A stretch of DNA of 64,000 nucleotides from an uncultured Chloroflexia bacterium (lineage in GTDB: Bacteria > Chloroflexota > Limnocylindria > Limnocylindrales > CSP1-4): the NCBI GenBank assembly GCA_963734535.1, contig CAVTHS010000002.1, positions 64,001 to 128,000 of the forward strand, written 5' to 3'. This document shows positions 1-10,251 of this stretch, piece after piece. A program made the position numbers and the translations under genes. The first letter of the stretch is position 1, and the number at the start of each line of letters is the position of its first letter. The notes under the pieces were generated by a model. That model searched no databases. It saw nothing but the letters and a program-made list of their open reading frames with translations, and had not been told where the DNA came from.

Positions 1-1403
1 CCGCCATCCACCAGCGCCGACACGACCTGGGCGAAGATCGCCGGCTGCGCGTCGCCGCCCATGGACCCATGGACCACCCAGGGGCGCCCGTGGCGCAACA
101 GCATGCCGGGCAGGAGCGTGTGGAGCGTGCGCTTGCCGGGGGCCAGCACGTTCGGGTGGCCCGGGTCGAGGCTGAAGTAGCTCCCGCGGTTCTGGTAGGC
201 GATCCCGGTCGCAGGGTCCACGATCCCGGAGCCGAAGCCCGCGTAGTTGGATTCGATCAGGCTCACGGCGTTGCCCTCGCCATCGACGGCCGCGAGGTAG
301 ATCGTCCCGCCGCCGGGCGGGTTCGTGGCCGGTGGTGGGTCGGCGGCATGGCCGGCGTCGATCCCCCTGGCGAGCCCGGCGCCGTACGCCGGGTCCAGCA
401 GGCGATCGACCGGGACCGAGCCGAAGGCCGGGTCCGTCAGGTGGGCGTCCCGGTCGGCGAGGGCCAGCTTCGTCGCCTCGATCCCGAGGTGGACCCAGCG
501 CAGGTCGGGGCCGGCGGTGACGCCCCCGCCGCCGGGAACGAAGTCGGCGGGACTCGGCGCCGGGAGCGCCCGCAGGATGTTCAGAACTTCCAGGCCGATC
601 ACGCCCGAGCTGTTGGGCGGGTGCGTGGTCGCGGTGACGCCACGATAGTCGAGGGCCAGCGGCGCCTCCCAGGTTGACGCGTGGGCCGCCAGGTCCGACC
701 GGGCGCACGCCGCACCGGCCGCCGCGAGCGCCGCGGCCTGCCGCGCCGCGATCTCGCCCTCGTAGAAGTCGTCGAGCCCCACCGTGGCGAGCCGCTCCAG
801 CGTCGCCGCGAGCGCGGGCAGGCGAACCCGTTCGCCCAGGCGCCAGGGCCGGCCGCCCGCCCTGTAGACCGCGTGGAACCCGCGTGCGAGCGGGCCCAGC
901 TCGATGTCGAAGACCCGCGCGGATCCCTCCACCGCCCGGGCGAAGAGCTCGTCGGCGGGGAAGCCGTCCCGGGCCAGCTCGATCGCGGGGGCGAGCAGCG
1001 CGGCGACGGGCAGGCGCCCCCAGCGGGCGTGCGCGTCGGCCCACGATCGGACGGCACCCGGGACGGTGATCGTGAGCGGCCCGCGGAAGGGGAGCGCCGC
1101 GAGCCCGCTGGCACGAAGCCGGGCGGGATCGACGCTCGCTGGAGCGCGGCCCGACCCGTTGAGCGCGGCCTGGGCGCCGGCCGCCTCGTCCCACACGAGC
1201 CAGAACGCGTCACCGCCCAGTCCGCAGGCCTCGCCCATGACCACACCCAGGACGGCGTTCGTGGCGATCGCGGCGTCGACGGCGCTTCCGCCCGATCGGA
1301 GAATGCCGAGGCCCGCCGCGGAGGCCAGGTGGTGCGGCGCGACCACGGCCCCGAACCCGCCGCGAGCGAGGGGGGCGGGCGCCAGCGGCCGGACGGCATC
1401 CAT
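1..1403 (-). CDS. ggt: Gamma-glutamyltransferase family protein (3' end outside window)
   Basis: Hand translation from ATG 1403: MDAVRPLAPAPLARGGFGAVVAPHHLASAAG...GGSAVDAAIATNAVLGVV...CGLGGDAFW. Autocleavage region GGGTIYLAAVDGEGNAVSLIESNYAGFGSG and GSMGGDAQP. Missing from the ORF track because it runs off the edge. Confidence 0.9.
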   Translation of the reverse strand, partial: MDAVRPLAPAPLARGGFGAVVAPHHLASAAGLGILRSGGSAVDAAIATNAVLGVVMGEACGLGGDAFWLVWDEAAGAQAALNGSGRAPASVDPARLRASGLAALPFRGPLTITVPGAVRSWADAHARWGRLPVAALLAPAIELARDGFPADELFARAVEGSARVFDIELGPLARGFHAVYRAGGRPWRLGERVRLPALAATLERLATVGLDDFYEGEIAARQAAALAAAGAACARSDLAAHASTWEAPLALDYRGVTATTHPPNSSGVIGLEVLNILRALPAPSPADFVPGGGGVTAGPDLRWVHLGIEATKLALADRDAHLTDPAFGSVPVDRLLDPAYGAGLARGIDAGHAADPPPATNPPGGGTIYLAAVDGEGNAVSLIESNYAGFGSGIVDPATGIAYQNRGSYFSLDPGHPNVLAPGKRTLHTLLPGMLLRHGRPWVVHGSMGGDAQPAIFAQVVSALVDG

Positions 1404-1455
1404 GTCGTCGCATTCTAGGGCTGCCCCGGCGGCCCACGCCGGGTACCCTGCACCG

Positions 1456-2754
1456 ATGGCACGCTCGATCTGGTCGGTCGTCCTGGGGACGTTGACGCTC
1501 CGTTTCAGCACGGGCCTGACCGGCGCGATGCTCGTCTATTACCTGGCGGACCTGCCGAAGCACGGCGGCGAGCCGGTGTCGTCCATCACCGTGGCGATCT
1601 TCACCGCCTCGTTCTTCGCGGCCGAGCTGGTCCTCTCGCCCCTGTTCGGCCCGCTGGCCGATCGCTTCGGGTACCACCGGATCATGCAGCTCGGTCCTGC
1701 CTTCGGGGCGGCGGCGGTCATCCTCACCGGGATCACGACGAACCTCTGGCTGCTCGGCGGCACTCGCTGGCTGGAGGGCGCCTCCACGGCGGCCAGCGTG
1801 CCGTCCATCCTCGGCTTCATCGCGATCGCGACGATGGGCGACGAGGGCCTGCGCGGCAAGGCGGTCGCCCGCTTCGAGGCGGCCACGCTGGCCGGCCTGG
1901 GGGCGGGGATCGTGGCAGCCGGGCCACTCTGGACGCTCCTCCATCGCGAGGCCTTCTTCGTGAACGCGCTCATCTACGGGGTCTCGTGGGCGATCTATCG
2001 CTTCGGGGTAGCCGACCCGCGAGCGGATCACGGCGGCCACCAGCACGAGGGGCGGACAAGCCTGGCGCGCTACCTGGAGATCCTGTCCGGGGCCCATGTC
2101 TGGCTGCTGGCGCCGACCTGGATCGCGGTCAATGCGGCGATCGGCCTGTGGACCTCGCAGTCGATCTTCCAGCTCGTCAAGGAGCCCGATCCGCGCTATG
2201 CCGACCAGCGCCTGATGGCCGGCGTGTCGCCGCTCCTCGTGAGCGCGGGGCTGGCCGTCGGCATGATCGTGTTCCTCGCCGGCCTCGTCTACTGGGGGAA
2301 CCGCTTCAAGAAGCTGCGCCGGACCACGATCATCTTCTACGGGCTCGGCGGCGGCGCGGCGCTCGTCGTCGCGGCCGTGGCGATCAACCATGGCGCGGGC
2401 ATGCCGGCGATCGTGACGGCCGTCCTGATGGTGCCCGTCGTGGCCGGGTTGTTCGTCCTCGCCGGCGCCACGCCCGCGGCGCTCGGGTTGCTCGCCGACA
2501 TGTCCGAGCCGTACCCGCGCGATCGTGGCGCGATCATGGGGCTCTACTCCGTCTTCCTGGCCCTCGGCCAGATCACCGGCAGCATCGCGGGCGGCGTCGC
2601 CGCTGACGTGAGCGGGATCGACGGCCTCCTCGTGGCCACGCTCGTGATGCTGGCGATCGCCGTCCTGCCGCTGTGGCGGCTTCGAACGGTCGAGCACCAC
2701 CTGCACATGCTCAGCCTGCCCCCGCCCGTGCCCGCTGCCGCGCCCGATTCGTAG
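1456..2754 (+). CDS. MFS transporter
   Basis: About 12 hydrophobic segments and motif A GPLADRFGYHR. Start ATG 1456 lies 6 nt after TACCCT. Confidence 0.88.
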   Translation: MARSIWSVVLGTLTLRFSTGLTGAMLVYYLADLPKHGGEPVSSITVAIFTASFFAAELVLSPLFGPLADRFGYHRIMQLGPAFGAAAVILTGITTNLWLLGGTRWLEGASTAASVPSILGFIAIATMGDEGLRGKAVARFEAATLAGLGAGIVAAGPLWTLLHREAFFVNALIYGVSWAIYRFGVADPRADHGGHQHEGRTSLARYLEILSGAHVWLLAPTWIAVNAAIGLWTSQSIFQLVKEPDPRYADQRLMAGVSPLLVSAGLAVGMIVFLAGLVYWGNRFKKLRRTTIIFYGLGGGAALVVAAVAINHGAGMPAIVTAVLMVPVVAGLFVLAGATPAALGLLADMSEPYPRDRGAIMGLYSVFLALGQITGSIAGGVAADVSGIDGLLVATLVMLAIAVLPLWRLRTVEHHLHMLSLPPPVPAAAPDS

Positions 2755-2855
2755 GCTCCCGGCACGCGGGTGGCCGTGGTCTGCACGCGGCCACCCGGGC
2801 CGGACATCCGCGCCCGCGGCGCTGAGACGGTCCCCGGCGCCCCTATCATGGGCGG

Positions 2856-3708
2856 ATGCCCAACGTCGCGATCGTGACCGATTCCGCCTCGGACCTTCCG
2901 CTCCCGATCGCCGACGCGATGGGGATCCGGGTCGTGCCGCTCCTCGTCCGCTTCGGGACGCACGAGTACCGGTCCGGCGTTGACCTCTCCACGGCGGACT
3001 TCTGGGCGCGGATGCTCGCCCCGGACGCCCCGTTCCCGACGACCGCCGCGGCTGCGCCCGGCGCCTTCGCGGAGGCGTTCGCCGACGCGTTCGCCGCGGG
3101 AGCCGAATCGGTCGTCTGCGTGACCGTCGGCAGCCGGCTTGTCCGGGACATTCGCGAGCGCGGAGGTCGGGGCGCAGCAGCACCCGGGCCGCGAGATCCA
3201 CGTCGTGGACTCGACCTCGGCCTCGATGGGGACGGGACACCTCGCGATGCTCGCCGCCGAGCTGGCTGCGGCCGGGCGGACCGGCGCGGCGATCGCGGCC
3301 ACGATCCGCGAACGGGCCGCGGACCTGGACCTCTACGTCGCGCTCGACACCCTCGAGTACCTCCGCAAGGGCGGCCGCCTCTCCGCGGCCCGGGCTGCCA
3401 TCGGGACGATGCTCTCGGTCAAGCCGATCATCACGGTCGTGGACGGCCTGGTCGAGACTGCCGATCGGGTCCGCACCCGCGCCCGGGCCCGCGAGCGCGT
3501 GGTCGAGCTGCTCACGGCGCGCCCGGTGGAGCGCATCGCGATCCTCCAGACCGTCACCGACGACATCGAAGCCTTCCGCGACACGGTCGTGGCGGCGCTT
3601 CCAGGCGGCGTCGACCCGGCGTTCGTGAGCATCCGGACGGTGGGCCCTTCCGTCGGACCCCACCTTGGCCCCGGCGCCGTCGGGGCGGTGATGCTGCTTC
3701 GGCGCTGA
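2856..3708 (+). CDS. DegV family fatty-acid-binding protein (frameshift ~3139)
   Basis: MPNVAIVTDSASDLP...; continues in ORF 3139..3708 with VVDSTSASMG, DTLEYLRKGGRLS, GPHLGPGAVG. Confidence 0.9.
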
Positions 3709-4060
3709 GGCCCGGCCGCTCGGGCGCGGAGACCGGTTGCTGGGGGCGCCGAAGGTCGTCTCCGGGACCCGGACCAATGGTTGCGAAGCGGATGCGGGCC
3801 GGGTTCGGTACCATTGCCGTCGGTGACCGGGCCATTCCGCCCGGAGCCTGCGTCCCCGTTCGGCACTCGCCGCGGGACAGGAGCGGGCCGGATGATCGGC
3901 CCAACGCAACACTCCGTCGTGGAGGACGGTCCCGCGAGGCGGGTCCGCAACGTCCCGACCGGCAGCCGTCCCGGAGGCGGCAGCGTGGCCGCCCTCGAGG
4001 GGCGGCGATCGCAGCGGTCGTCCGGCGTCCCGGGCGACCGAGCAGGAGGACCTCCGCTCC

Positions 4061-5326
4061 ATGACCACCGAACAGGTCGCCGCGACGATCAACCCGTGGG
4101 CCGTCGCCCAGCAGCAGTTCGACCTCGCGGCCGAGCACCTGAAGCTGGACCCGGGCATCCGCCAGGTCCTTCGCGAGCCCCGCCGAGCCCTCACGGTGAC
4201 GTTCCCCGTCAAGATGGACGACGGGACGGTCCGCGTCTTCACCGGCTACCGCGTCCAGCACAACCTCGGCCGCGGGCCGGCCAAGGGCGGAATCCGCTAT
4301 CACCAGGACGTCAGCATCGACGAGGTCAAGGCCCTCGCGATGTGGATGACCTGGAAGTGCGCGGTCGTCGGCATCCCCTACGGCGGCGGCAAGGGCGGCG
4401 TCATCGTCGACCCCAAGAAGCTCTCGCTCAAGGAGCTCGAGGCGCTCACCCGGCGCTACACCACCGAGATCAGCGTCCTGATCGGTCCCGAGCGCGACAT
4501 CCCGGCCCCGGACGTCAACACGACGCCGCAGATCATGGCCTGGATGATGGACACGTACTCGATGCACGCCGGGTACACGGTCCCGGGCGTCGTCACCGGC
4601 AAGCCCATCAGCCTCGGCGGGTCCGAGGGGCGCAACGAGGCCACGGCCCGCGGATGCGTCTACACGGTCGTGGCCGCTGCCAAGCACCTCGGCGTGGACC
4701 TCACGAAGACCACCGCCGCGGTCCAGGGCTTCGGGAACGCAGGGTCGATCGCCGCGCGGCTCATCCGCGACGAGGGATCGACGGTCGTGGCCGTCTCCGA
4801 CACGCAGGGCGGGATCCACAAGCCGGGCGGCCTCGACATCGAGAAGGTCCTCGCCTGGAAGCAGGAGCACGGCACCGTCGTCGGGTTCCCTGGCAGCACG
4901 AAGATCACCAATGGCGAGCTCCTCGAGCTCGACGTCGACATCCTGATCCCGGCTGCCTACGAGAACCAGATCACTGCGCGAAACGCGAAGAACGTCAAGG
5001 CGAAGATCATCGCGGAGGCCGCCAACGGCCCGACGACACCCGAGGCGGACGAGATCCTGGCGAAGAAGGGCGTCTTCATGATCCCGGACATCCTCGCCAA
5101 CGCCGGCGGCGTCACCGTCAGCTACTTCGAGTGGGTCCAGGACCTCAACCGGGACCACTGGAGCGAGACGGTCGTCAACGCGAAGCTCAAGGAGATCATG
5201 GACCGCTCCTTCGGCGAGGTCCTCGCCATGTCCCTCCTCGAGGAGGTCAACATGCGGACCGCCGCCTACCTGGTCGCGGTCAAGCGCGTCGCCGATACCA
5301 CCGCCCTTCGCGGCCTCTACCCGTAG
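4061..5326 (+). CDS. gdhA: Glu/Leu/Phe/Val dehydrogenase (glutamate dehydrogenase)
   Basis: GPAKGGIRYH, GGGKGG, DIPAPDV, VQGFGNAG, AEAANGP, ANAGGVTVSYFEWVQ; RBS AGGAGG upstream. Confidence 0.95.
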   Translation: MTTEQVAATINPWAVAQQQFDLAAEHLKLDPGIRQVLREPRRALTVTFPVKMDDGTVRVFTGYRVQHNLGRGPAKGGIRYHQDVSIDEVKALAMWMTWKCAVVGIPYGGGKGGVIVDPKKLSLKELEALTRRYTTEISVLIGPERDIPAPDVNTTPQIMAWMMDTYSMHAGYTVPGVVTGKPISLGGSEGRNEATARGCVYTVVAAAKHLGVDLTKTTAAVQGFGNAGSIAARLIRDEGSTVVAVSDTQGGIHKPGGLDIEKVLAWKQEHGTVVGFPGSTKITNGELLELDVDILIPAAYENQITARNAKNVKAKIIAEAANGPTTPEADEILAKKGVFMIPDILANAGGVTVSYFEWVQDLNRDHWSETVVNAKLKEIMDRSFGEVLAMSLLEEVNMRTAAYLVAVKRVADTTALRGLYP

Positions 5327-5394
5327 GCCACCCGGGCGCGGCCGTCTGCTCGAGGGCAGCGGACGCGTCCTCCCAGATCGCTCTCCGGCTGCAC

Positions 5395-5434
5395 CGACGA
5401 ACCCCGGTCGTCAACCGACGACCGGGGTTCGTCG
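5395..5434 (+). terminator. Perfect 18-bp hairpin downstream of gdhA
   Basis: CGACGAACCCCGGTCGTC-AACC-GACGACCGGGGTTCGTCG; no U-tract. Confidence 0.6.
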
Positions 5435-5589
5435 CGTCGTGCGCGATCCGGAGCATGTCCACGTCTTCGCCGGCCATCCTTCCGCGGTGCGGATCGCGCG
5501 TGTGCGCCTGCGCACGCCCGCCAAGCACGGCGTGGCACGTTCGTGCAGTCTTGCAGGGCCGCCCGCCCCCAACACCGAGGAGACGCCAC

Positions 5590-5874
5590 ATGCGCGCCGA
5601 CGACATCGAGGTCCGCAACCCGTCCGGGCTCCACGCCCGTCCTGCCGCGCTGTTCGTCAAGACCGCAGCCCGCTTCACGTCGGCGATCACCGTCCAGAAC
5701 GTGACCACGGGCTCGGCGGCGGCGAACGCGAAGAGCATCCTGGCGGTGATGGGGAGCGGCGCCGGCCGCGGCCACATCGTGCGGCTCACCGCCGACGGAC
5801 CGGATGAGGAGCAGGCGATCACCGCCCTCCACGACCTGTTTGCCAGTGGCCTGGGGGAGGAGCTCGAGGCGTGA
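5590..5874 (+). CDS. ptsH: HPr phosphocarrier protein
   Basis: NPSGLHARPAA (His15) and NAKSIL (Ser46); RBS GAGGAG. Confidence 0.93.
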   Translation: MRADDIEVRNPSGLHARPAALFVKTAARFTSAITVQNVTTGSAAANAKSILAVMGSGAGRGHIVRLTADGPDEEQAITALHDLFASGLGEELEA

Positions 5875-7625
5875 CCGGCCCGGTGCGTCTCACCGGGATC
5901 GCGGGAGCCCCCGGGATCGCCATCGGCCCGGTCTGGCGGTTCGACGCAGCCGAGCCGGCGCCGGGGGCCGCCGCCAGCCGTCCGCTGTCGGGCCAGCGTC
6001 CGGCCGACGCGATCGCGGCGGCGGCGGCCGAGACGGCCCGCCAGCTCGACTCGCTCGCGGGCCGCCTGCGCGATCTCGGGCGCGAGCAGGAGTCCGCCAT
6101 CTTCGACGCGCAGTCGATGATGGCCCTCGATCCCGGGCTCGTGGAGGACGCGATCCGGCGAGCCGGCGAGACCGGCGATCCGGCCGAAGCCGTCCGAGCC
6201 GCCGCGGCGGCTGCGGCCGAGCTCCTTGCCTCGCTCGACGACGAGATCCTGTCCGCCCGCGCCGCGGACGTGCGCGACGTGGGGGCGCGCATCTGCCGCG
6301 TCTTGCGGGGTGAGATCCTCGACGTGCCGGCCGTCCCGTCGATCGCCGTCTGCGACGACCTGCCGCCGTCGGTCACCGCCGAGATCCCGCCCGGCTTGCT
6401 GCTCGGGATCGCGCTGGCGGGCGGCTCGCGCACGGCCCACGCGGTGATCCTCGCCCGGAGCCTCGGCATCCCGGCGATCGTCGGGATCGACGGCCTGATC
6501 CCCGCGGTCGACCACCGCTCCGCTTCGCCGGCAGCGCCCGTCACGATCGCCATGGACGGAGAGCGCGGCGAGGTCGTCGTCGATCCGGACTCGCGCGTGG
6601 CATCCGAATACCGCGAGCGCGAGGCGGACCTCGCGGCGCGCCGCGCGACGAACGCCGGACTGCGCGACCGGCCGGCCGCGACCGCCGATGGCGAGCGCAT
6701 CCTCCTCGTCGCGAACATCGGGACGCCGGACGACGCGCCGCGCGCGCTCGCGGCGAGGGCCGAAGGGGTCGGCCTCTTCCGCACCGAGTTCCTGTTCATG
6801 AGCCGGCAGACGCCGCCCACCGAGGCGGAGCAGGTCGATGCGTACCGGCGGGTCCTCGAGGCATTCGGGCCCGAACGGCCCGTTGTCATCCGGCTCGCCG
6901 ACATCGGCGGCGACAAGGCGATCCCGTACCTGCGGCTCGCACCCGAGCAGAACCCGTTCCTCGGGGTCCGGGCCATCCGCCTCGCCTACGCCGACCCGGA
7001 CCTCCTCCTGACCCAGCTGCGCGCGATCTGGCGCGCCGGGGCCGCGGCGAAGGTCGTTCCGCACGTCATGGCGCCGATGGTGGCCACGGTCGCCGACGTG
7101 GAGCTGCTGATGTCCCTGCGCGACCGGGCACGTGACACCCTGGTGGGCACGGGCCAGCCCGTGGCGGAGCGGATGGTGACCGGGATCATGATCGAGGTGC
7201 CCTCGGCCGCGTTCCTCGCCCCGGAGCTGGCCCGGCGGGTCGATTTCTTCAGCATCGGCACGAACGACCTCACGCAGTACATCCTTGCCGCGGACCGGGG
7301 GAACGCGGCCCTCGCCGGGCTCCAGGATGCGCTCCACCCGGCCGTGCTGCGGGCGATCGCCGGTATCGTCGCTGGCGCCGATTCGGCCGGCATCCCGGTC
7401 GCGGTCTGCGGCGAGCTCGCCGGCGACCCGGCGGGCGCGCTCGTCCTCGCGGGCCTCGGCGTGGACGAGCTCTCGGCTGATGCCGGATCGCTCGACGGCG
7501 TCAGGGCCGCCCTCGCCCGCGTGACCCGGCCGCAGCTCGACGCGCTGGCGCGGTCGGCCCTCGAAGCGTTCGACGCCGAGACGGTCCGGGAGATGGCCGG
7601 CGCCCTCCTCGCACCGGGGCGGTAG
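5871..7625 (+). CDS. ptsI: PEP-protein phosphotransferase (PTS enzyme I)
   Basis: GGSRTAHAVILARSLGIPA (phospho-His), GVGLFRTEFLF, NPFLGVRAIR, MIEVPSAA, SIGTNDLTQY, CGELAG. Confidence 0.95.
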   Translation: MTGPVRLTGIAGAPGIAIGPVWRFDAAEPAPGAAASRPLSGQRPADAIAAAAAETARQLDSLAGRLRDLGREQESAIFDAQSMMALDPGLVEDAIRRAGETGDPAEAVRAAAAAAAELLASLDDEILSARAADVRDVGARICRVLRGEILDVPAVPSIAVCDDLPPSVTAEIPPGLLLGIALAGGSRTAHAVILARSLGIPAIVGIDGLIPAVDHRSASPAAPVTIAMDGERGEVVVDPDSRVASEYREREADLAARRATNAGLRDRPAATADGERILLVANIGTPDDAPRALAARAEGVGLFRTEFLFMSRQTPPTEAEQVDAYRRVLEAFGPERPVVIRLADIGGDKAIPYLRLAPEQNPFLGVRAIRLAYADPDLLLTQLRAIWRAGAAAKVVPHVMAPMVATVADVELLMSLRDRARDTLVGTGQPVAERMVTGIMIEVPSAAFLAPELARRVDFFSIGTNDLTQYILAADRGNAALAGLQDALHPAVLRAIAGIVAGADSAGIPVAVCGELAGDPAGALVLAGLGVDELSADAGSLDGVRAALARVTRPQLDALARSALEAFDAETVREMAGALLAPGR

Positions 7626-7640
7626 GCGACCCGAGGAGCG

Positions 7641-9308
7641 TTGACGTTCGTGGAGGGTTCACCCGGGCTCGAGATGGCGCCGACCGCCGACTGGAGCGAT
7701 CCCGCCTGCCGCCGGTTCTCCCGGCGCGGGTTTCTCGCCGCCGCCGCTGGGCTCCTCGCGGCGGCGTGCGGACCCACGTATCCCTCCGGCGCGCCACGGT
7801 CGCCGTCGCCGTCCCCGTCACCGGTGTCGAGCGTCCCGGCTGCATCCGCCTCGCCGTCGCCCGTCCCGCCGACGACGAGCTCACCTTCCCCCGGGCTCCC
7901 GGGACCGAGCCCCTCGCGAGGCCCCAGCGCGGTCGCCGAGGAGAATCGGCGGCCCGGGGACCAGGGCTGGCGAGCCGGCCTGTCCGGCACGCCGACGATC
8001 CTCGGGTTCCTCGACCGGACGTCGGTCGCGCCCGGCGATTCAATCGGGCTCCGCGTGCGGGGAAACGGTCCGTTCGATGCTCGCTGGTATCGCGTCGGAT
8101 GGTACGGGGGTGCTGGAGGCCGGCCGATGCGGGTCGACCAGGGCCTCTCGGCGAAGCCGACCCCTGGGCTCGTCGTCGACGCAGCGTCAGGGCTCGCCGA
8201 GGAGCCGTGGCCGGAGGCTCTCCGGATCGAGGTGCCGCCCGACTGGCCAAGCGGCGTGTACGTGGTTGTCCTCGACCCGCCGTCGGGGTCGGCCGGCATG
8301 GCCGTCTTCGTCGTTCGGCCGGGCACCGTGGCCCCGGCGTCGGTGCTCTACGTGAACGCCGCGGCGACCTGGCAGGCATACAACCACCATGGACCGTCGC
8401 TCTACGGCTCGCTCCCGGCGGGCCGGTACGGCGGCGGATCGGGTGAGCGAGCCGTCGAGATCAGCTTCGATCGCCCCTACAGCGAGGCCGGCGGGGCCGG
8501 CTACCTTCCGCGTTGGGAGGCCGCGTTCATCCGGTGGCAGGAGCGCAACGGCCACGACGTGGCCTACTGCGCGGACCTCGACCTGGAGATGCACCCGGAG
8601 GTCGTGGGTGGTCGCCGCCTCCTGGTCCTGCCGGGCCACCACGAGTACTGGACCGGACCGATGCGCGACACGCTCGAGGCGGCGCTGGCGACCGGGATGA
8701 GCGCGGCGTTCCTGGGCGCCAACACGATCTACTGGCAGGTGCGCCTGGAGGCCTCCCCGCTTGGCCCGGGCCGACGGATGATCTGCTACAAGTCGAGGAG
8801 CGCGGACCCGATCACGGCGACGCATCCCGAGCTCACCACGTGCCAGTGGCGGCTGCCTCCGGTCAGCAGGCCCGAATCGCTGGTCATCGGCCAGATGTAC
8901 GGCCACGTGGTCCGCCGGCCGGCCGACTGGGTCGTGGTGAACTCCGGTCATTGGCTCTACCAAGGGACAGGCGTCCGGGACGGGGACCGCTTCGTGAGCC
9001 TCGTGGGCCAAGAGTACGACACGATCCACCCGAAGACCTCGCCGCCCGGCGTCGAGCTGTGGGCGCAGAGCCCCGTCGTGGCAGACAGGAACGAGACCGA
9101 CCCCACGGGTCATCCCACGGTGCACACCGCCACCGTCTACACGACCCCGGCGGGCGGCACGGTGGTCGCCGCGGGCACCTACCAATGGAGCTGGGCCCTC
9201 GACACGTTCGGGCAGCATTCCTACCAGAGTCGCTTCACGCCGACCGATTCGCGGGTGGCACGCGTCACCACGAACATCTATCGCCGCCTGGGCGACGGCA
9301 CGGGCTGA
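7641..9308 (+). CDS. Tat-exported lipoprotein with N,N-dimethylformamidase beta-subunit-like (DUF6605-type) domain
   Basis: SRRGFL twin-arginine motif, lipobox LAAAC and Pro/Ser linker. Motifs TWQAYN, SFDRPY, GHHEYWT, FLGANTIYWQVR. Alternative start ATG 7674. Confidence 0.75.
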   Translation: MTFVEGSPGLEMAPTADWSDPACRRFSRRGFLAAAAGLLAAACGPTYPSGAPRSPSPSPSPVSSVPAASASPSPVPPTTSSPSPGLPGPSPSRGPSAVAEENRRPGDQGWRAGLSGTPTILGFLDRTSVAPGDSIGLRVRGNGPFDARWYRVGWYGGAGGRPMRVDQGLSAKPTPGLVVDAASGLAEEPWPEALRIEVPPDWPSGVYVVVLDPPSGSAGMAVFVVRPGTVAPASVLYVNAAATWQAYNHHGPSLYGSLPAGRYGGGSGERAVEISFDRPYSEAGGAGYLPRWEAAFIRWQERNGHDVAYCADLDLEMHPEVVGGRRLLVLPGHHEYWTGPMRDTLEAALATGMSAAFLGANTIYWQVRLEASPLGPGRRMICYKSRSADPITATHPELTTCQWRLPPVSRPESLVIGQMYGHVVRRPADWVVVNSGHWLYQGTGVRDGDRFVSLVGQEYDTIHPKTSPPGVELWAQSPVVADRNETDPTGHPTVHTATVYTTPAGGTVVAAGTYQWSWALDTFGQHSYQSRFTPTDSRVARVTTNIYRRLGDGTG

Positions 9309-9435
9309 GCCGCGCCGGCAGGCCTGCCGCACCGTCGAGCCCGGGCGCGCGCGTCGTGCGGCAGCACCGCCGCAGCCTCGCCGGAGCAGGCCTGAGACCC
9401 GCGGCACCGGCGGATGGCCGGTGTACCATCCCGGC

Positions 9436-10041
9436 ATGCTCGACCACGAAGAGAAGTTCCTGTTCAAGGAGGAGATCGGCCACCTGGGGACCGCGATGGC
9501 GGACACCGCGGTGCTCGACAACGTCGAGGATCTCCTCACGGACGTCATCACCAGCCCGCGCTTCGATTCGGAGGTCTTCACGCTGGAGCGGTCGCTCCAG
9601 GTGATGCTCGGCGCGCGTGCCGGAAGCACGCTCGTTGGCCTGCTGACCGTGACGCCGGAGGTCTTTGACGAGGTGGCCGAGGTCCGGATCTCACCGGAGG
9701 TCCACGAGCGACTCGTCGCATGGCGCGCCCGCTTCGGCCTGGCCATCGACAACGCCCTCAACTTCCTCAACAACCCCGACGGGATCCAGGGCCACTCGTT
9801 CGCGACGCAGATCGCCCACATCGAGGACCGCCGCGTCCTGCAGGGCCGCCTGACCCTGGTTCGCTATAACAACGAGCCGCAGTTCTTCGTTGCGGACGCG
9901 AGTGTCTTCCTGGGCCTGGTCAGCGACGTCCTCGAGCGGCTTGGCCCGTACCTCGAGCCCGACGCGGTCGACCCCGAGACGATCGCCCGCCTCAAGGAGG
10001 CGATCGCGCTCGTCGAGCGGAAGACCACCCCGCGCGGATGA
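9436..10041 (+). CDS. Hypothetical cytoplasmic protein
   Basis: Coding-like composition; ATG 9436 lies 6 nt after TACCAT. Confidence 0.7.
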   Translation: MLDHEEKFLFKEEIGHLGTAMADTAVLDNVEDLLTDVITSPRFDSEVFTLERSLQVMLGARAGSTLVGLLTVTPEVFDEVAEVRISPEVHERLVAWRARFGLAIDNALNFLNNPDGIQGHSFATQIAHIEDRRVLQGRLTLVRYNNEPQFFVADASVFLGLVSDVLERLGPYLEPDAVDPETIARLKEAIALVERKTTPRG

Positions 10042-10229
10042 GCCGTCGGGGCGGCCAGCGCGCATCGCGGCGTCGGCCGCGGCAGCGACCGGGCACACCA
10101 CCGGGCCGGCTGTCGCCGAGCGTCGCGCGACGGAACCGACGCCTCGCATTCGTCCTCCTCGCCGCGTTCGCGTTGATCGCGCTCGCGATCATCGCGAGCC
10201 CGTTCGCGACCGCGCCCACCCGGCCCTAG
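10038..10229 (+). CDS. Small single-TM protein
   Basis: ATGA overlap with the upstream stop; Arg-rich N-terminus followed by LAFVLLAAFALIALAIIA. Confidence 0.55.
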   Translation: MSRRGGQRASRRRPRQRPGTPPGRLSPSVARRNRRLAFVLLAAFALIALAIIASPFATAPTRP

Positions 10230-10251
10230 AACGTCGCCGCGCCGCCGCCGC

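Noticed and set aside
7795-7925. Short CGCCGT-type tandem repeats
   Set aside because: They encode a Pro/Ser linker; not a CRISPR or regulatory array. No CRISPR array or rRNA was seen in the window.
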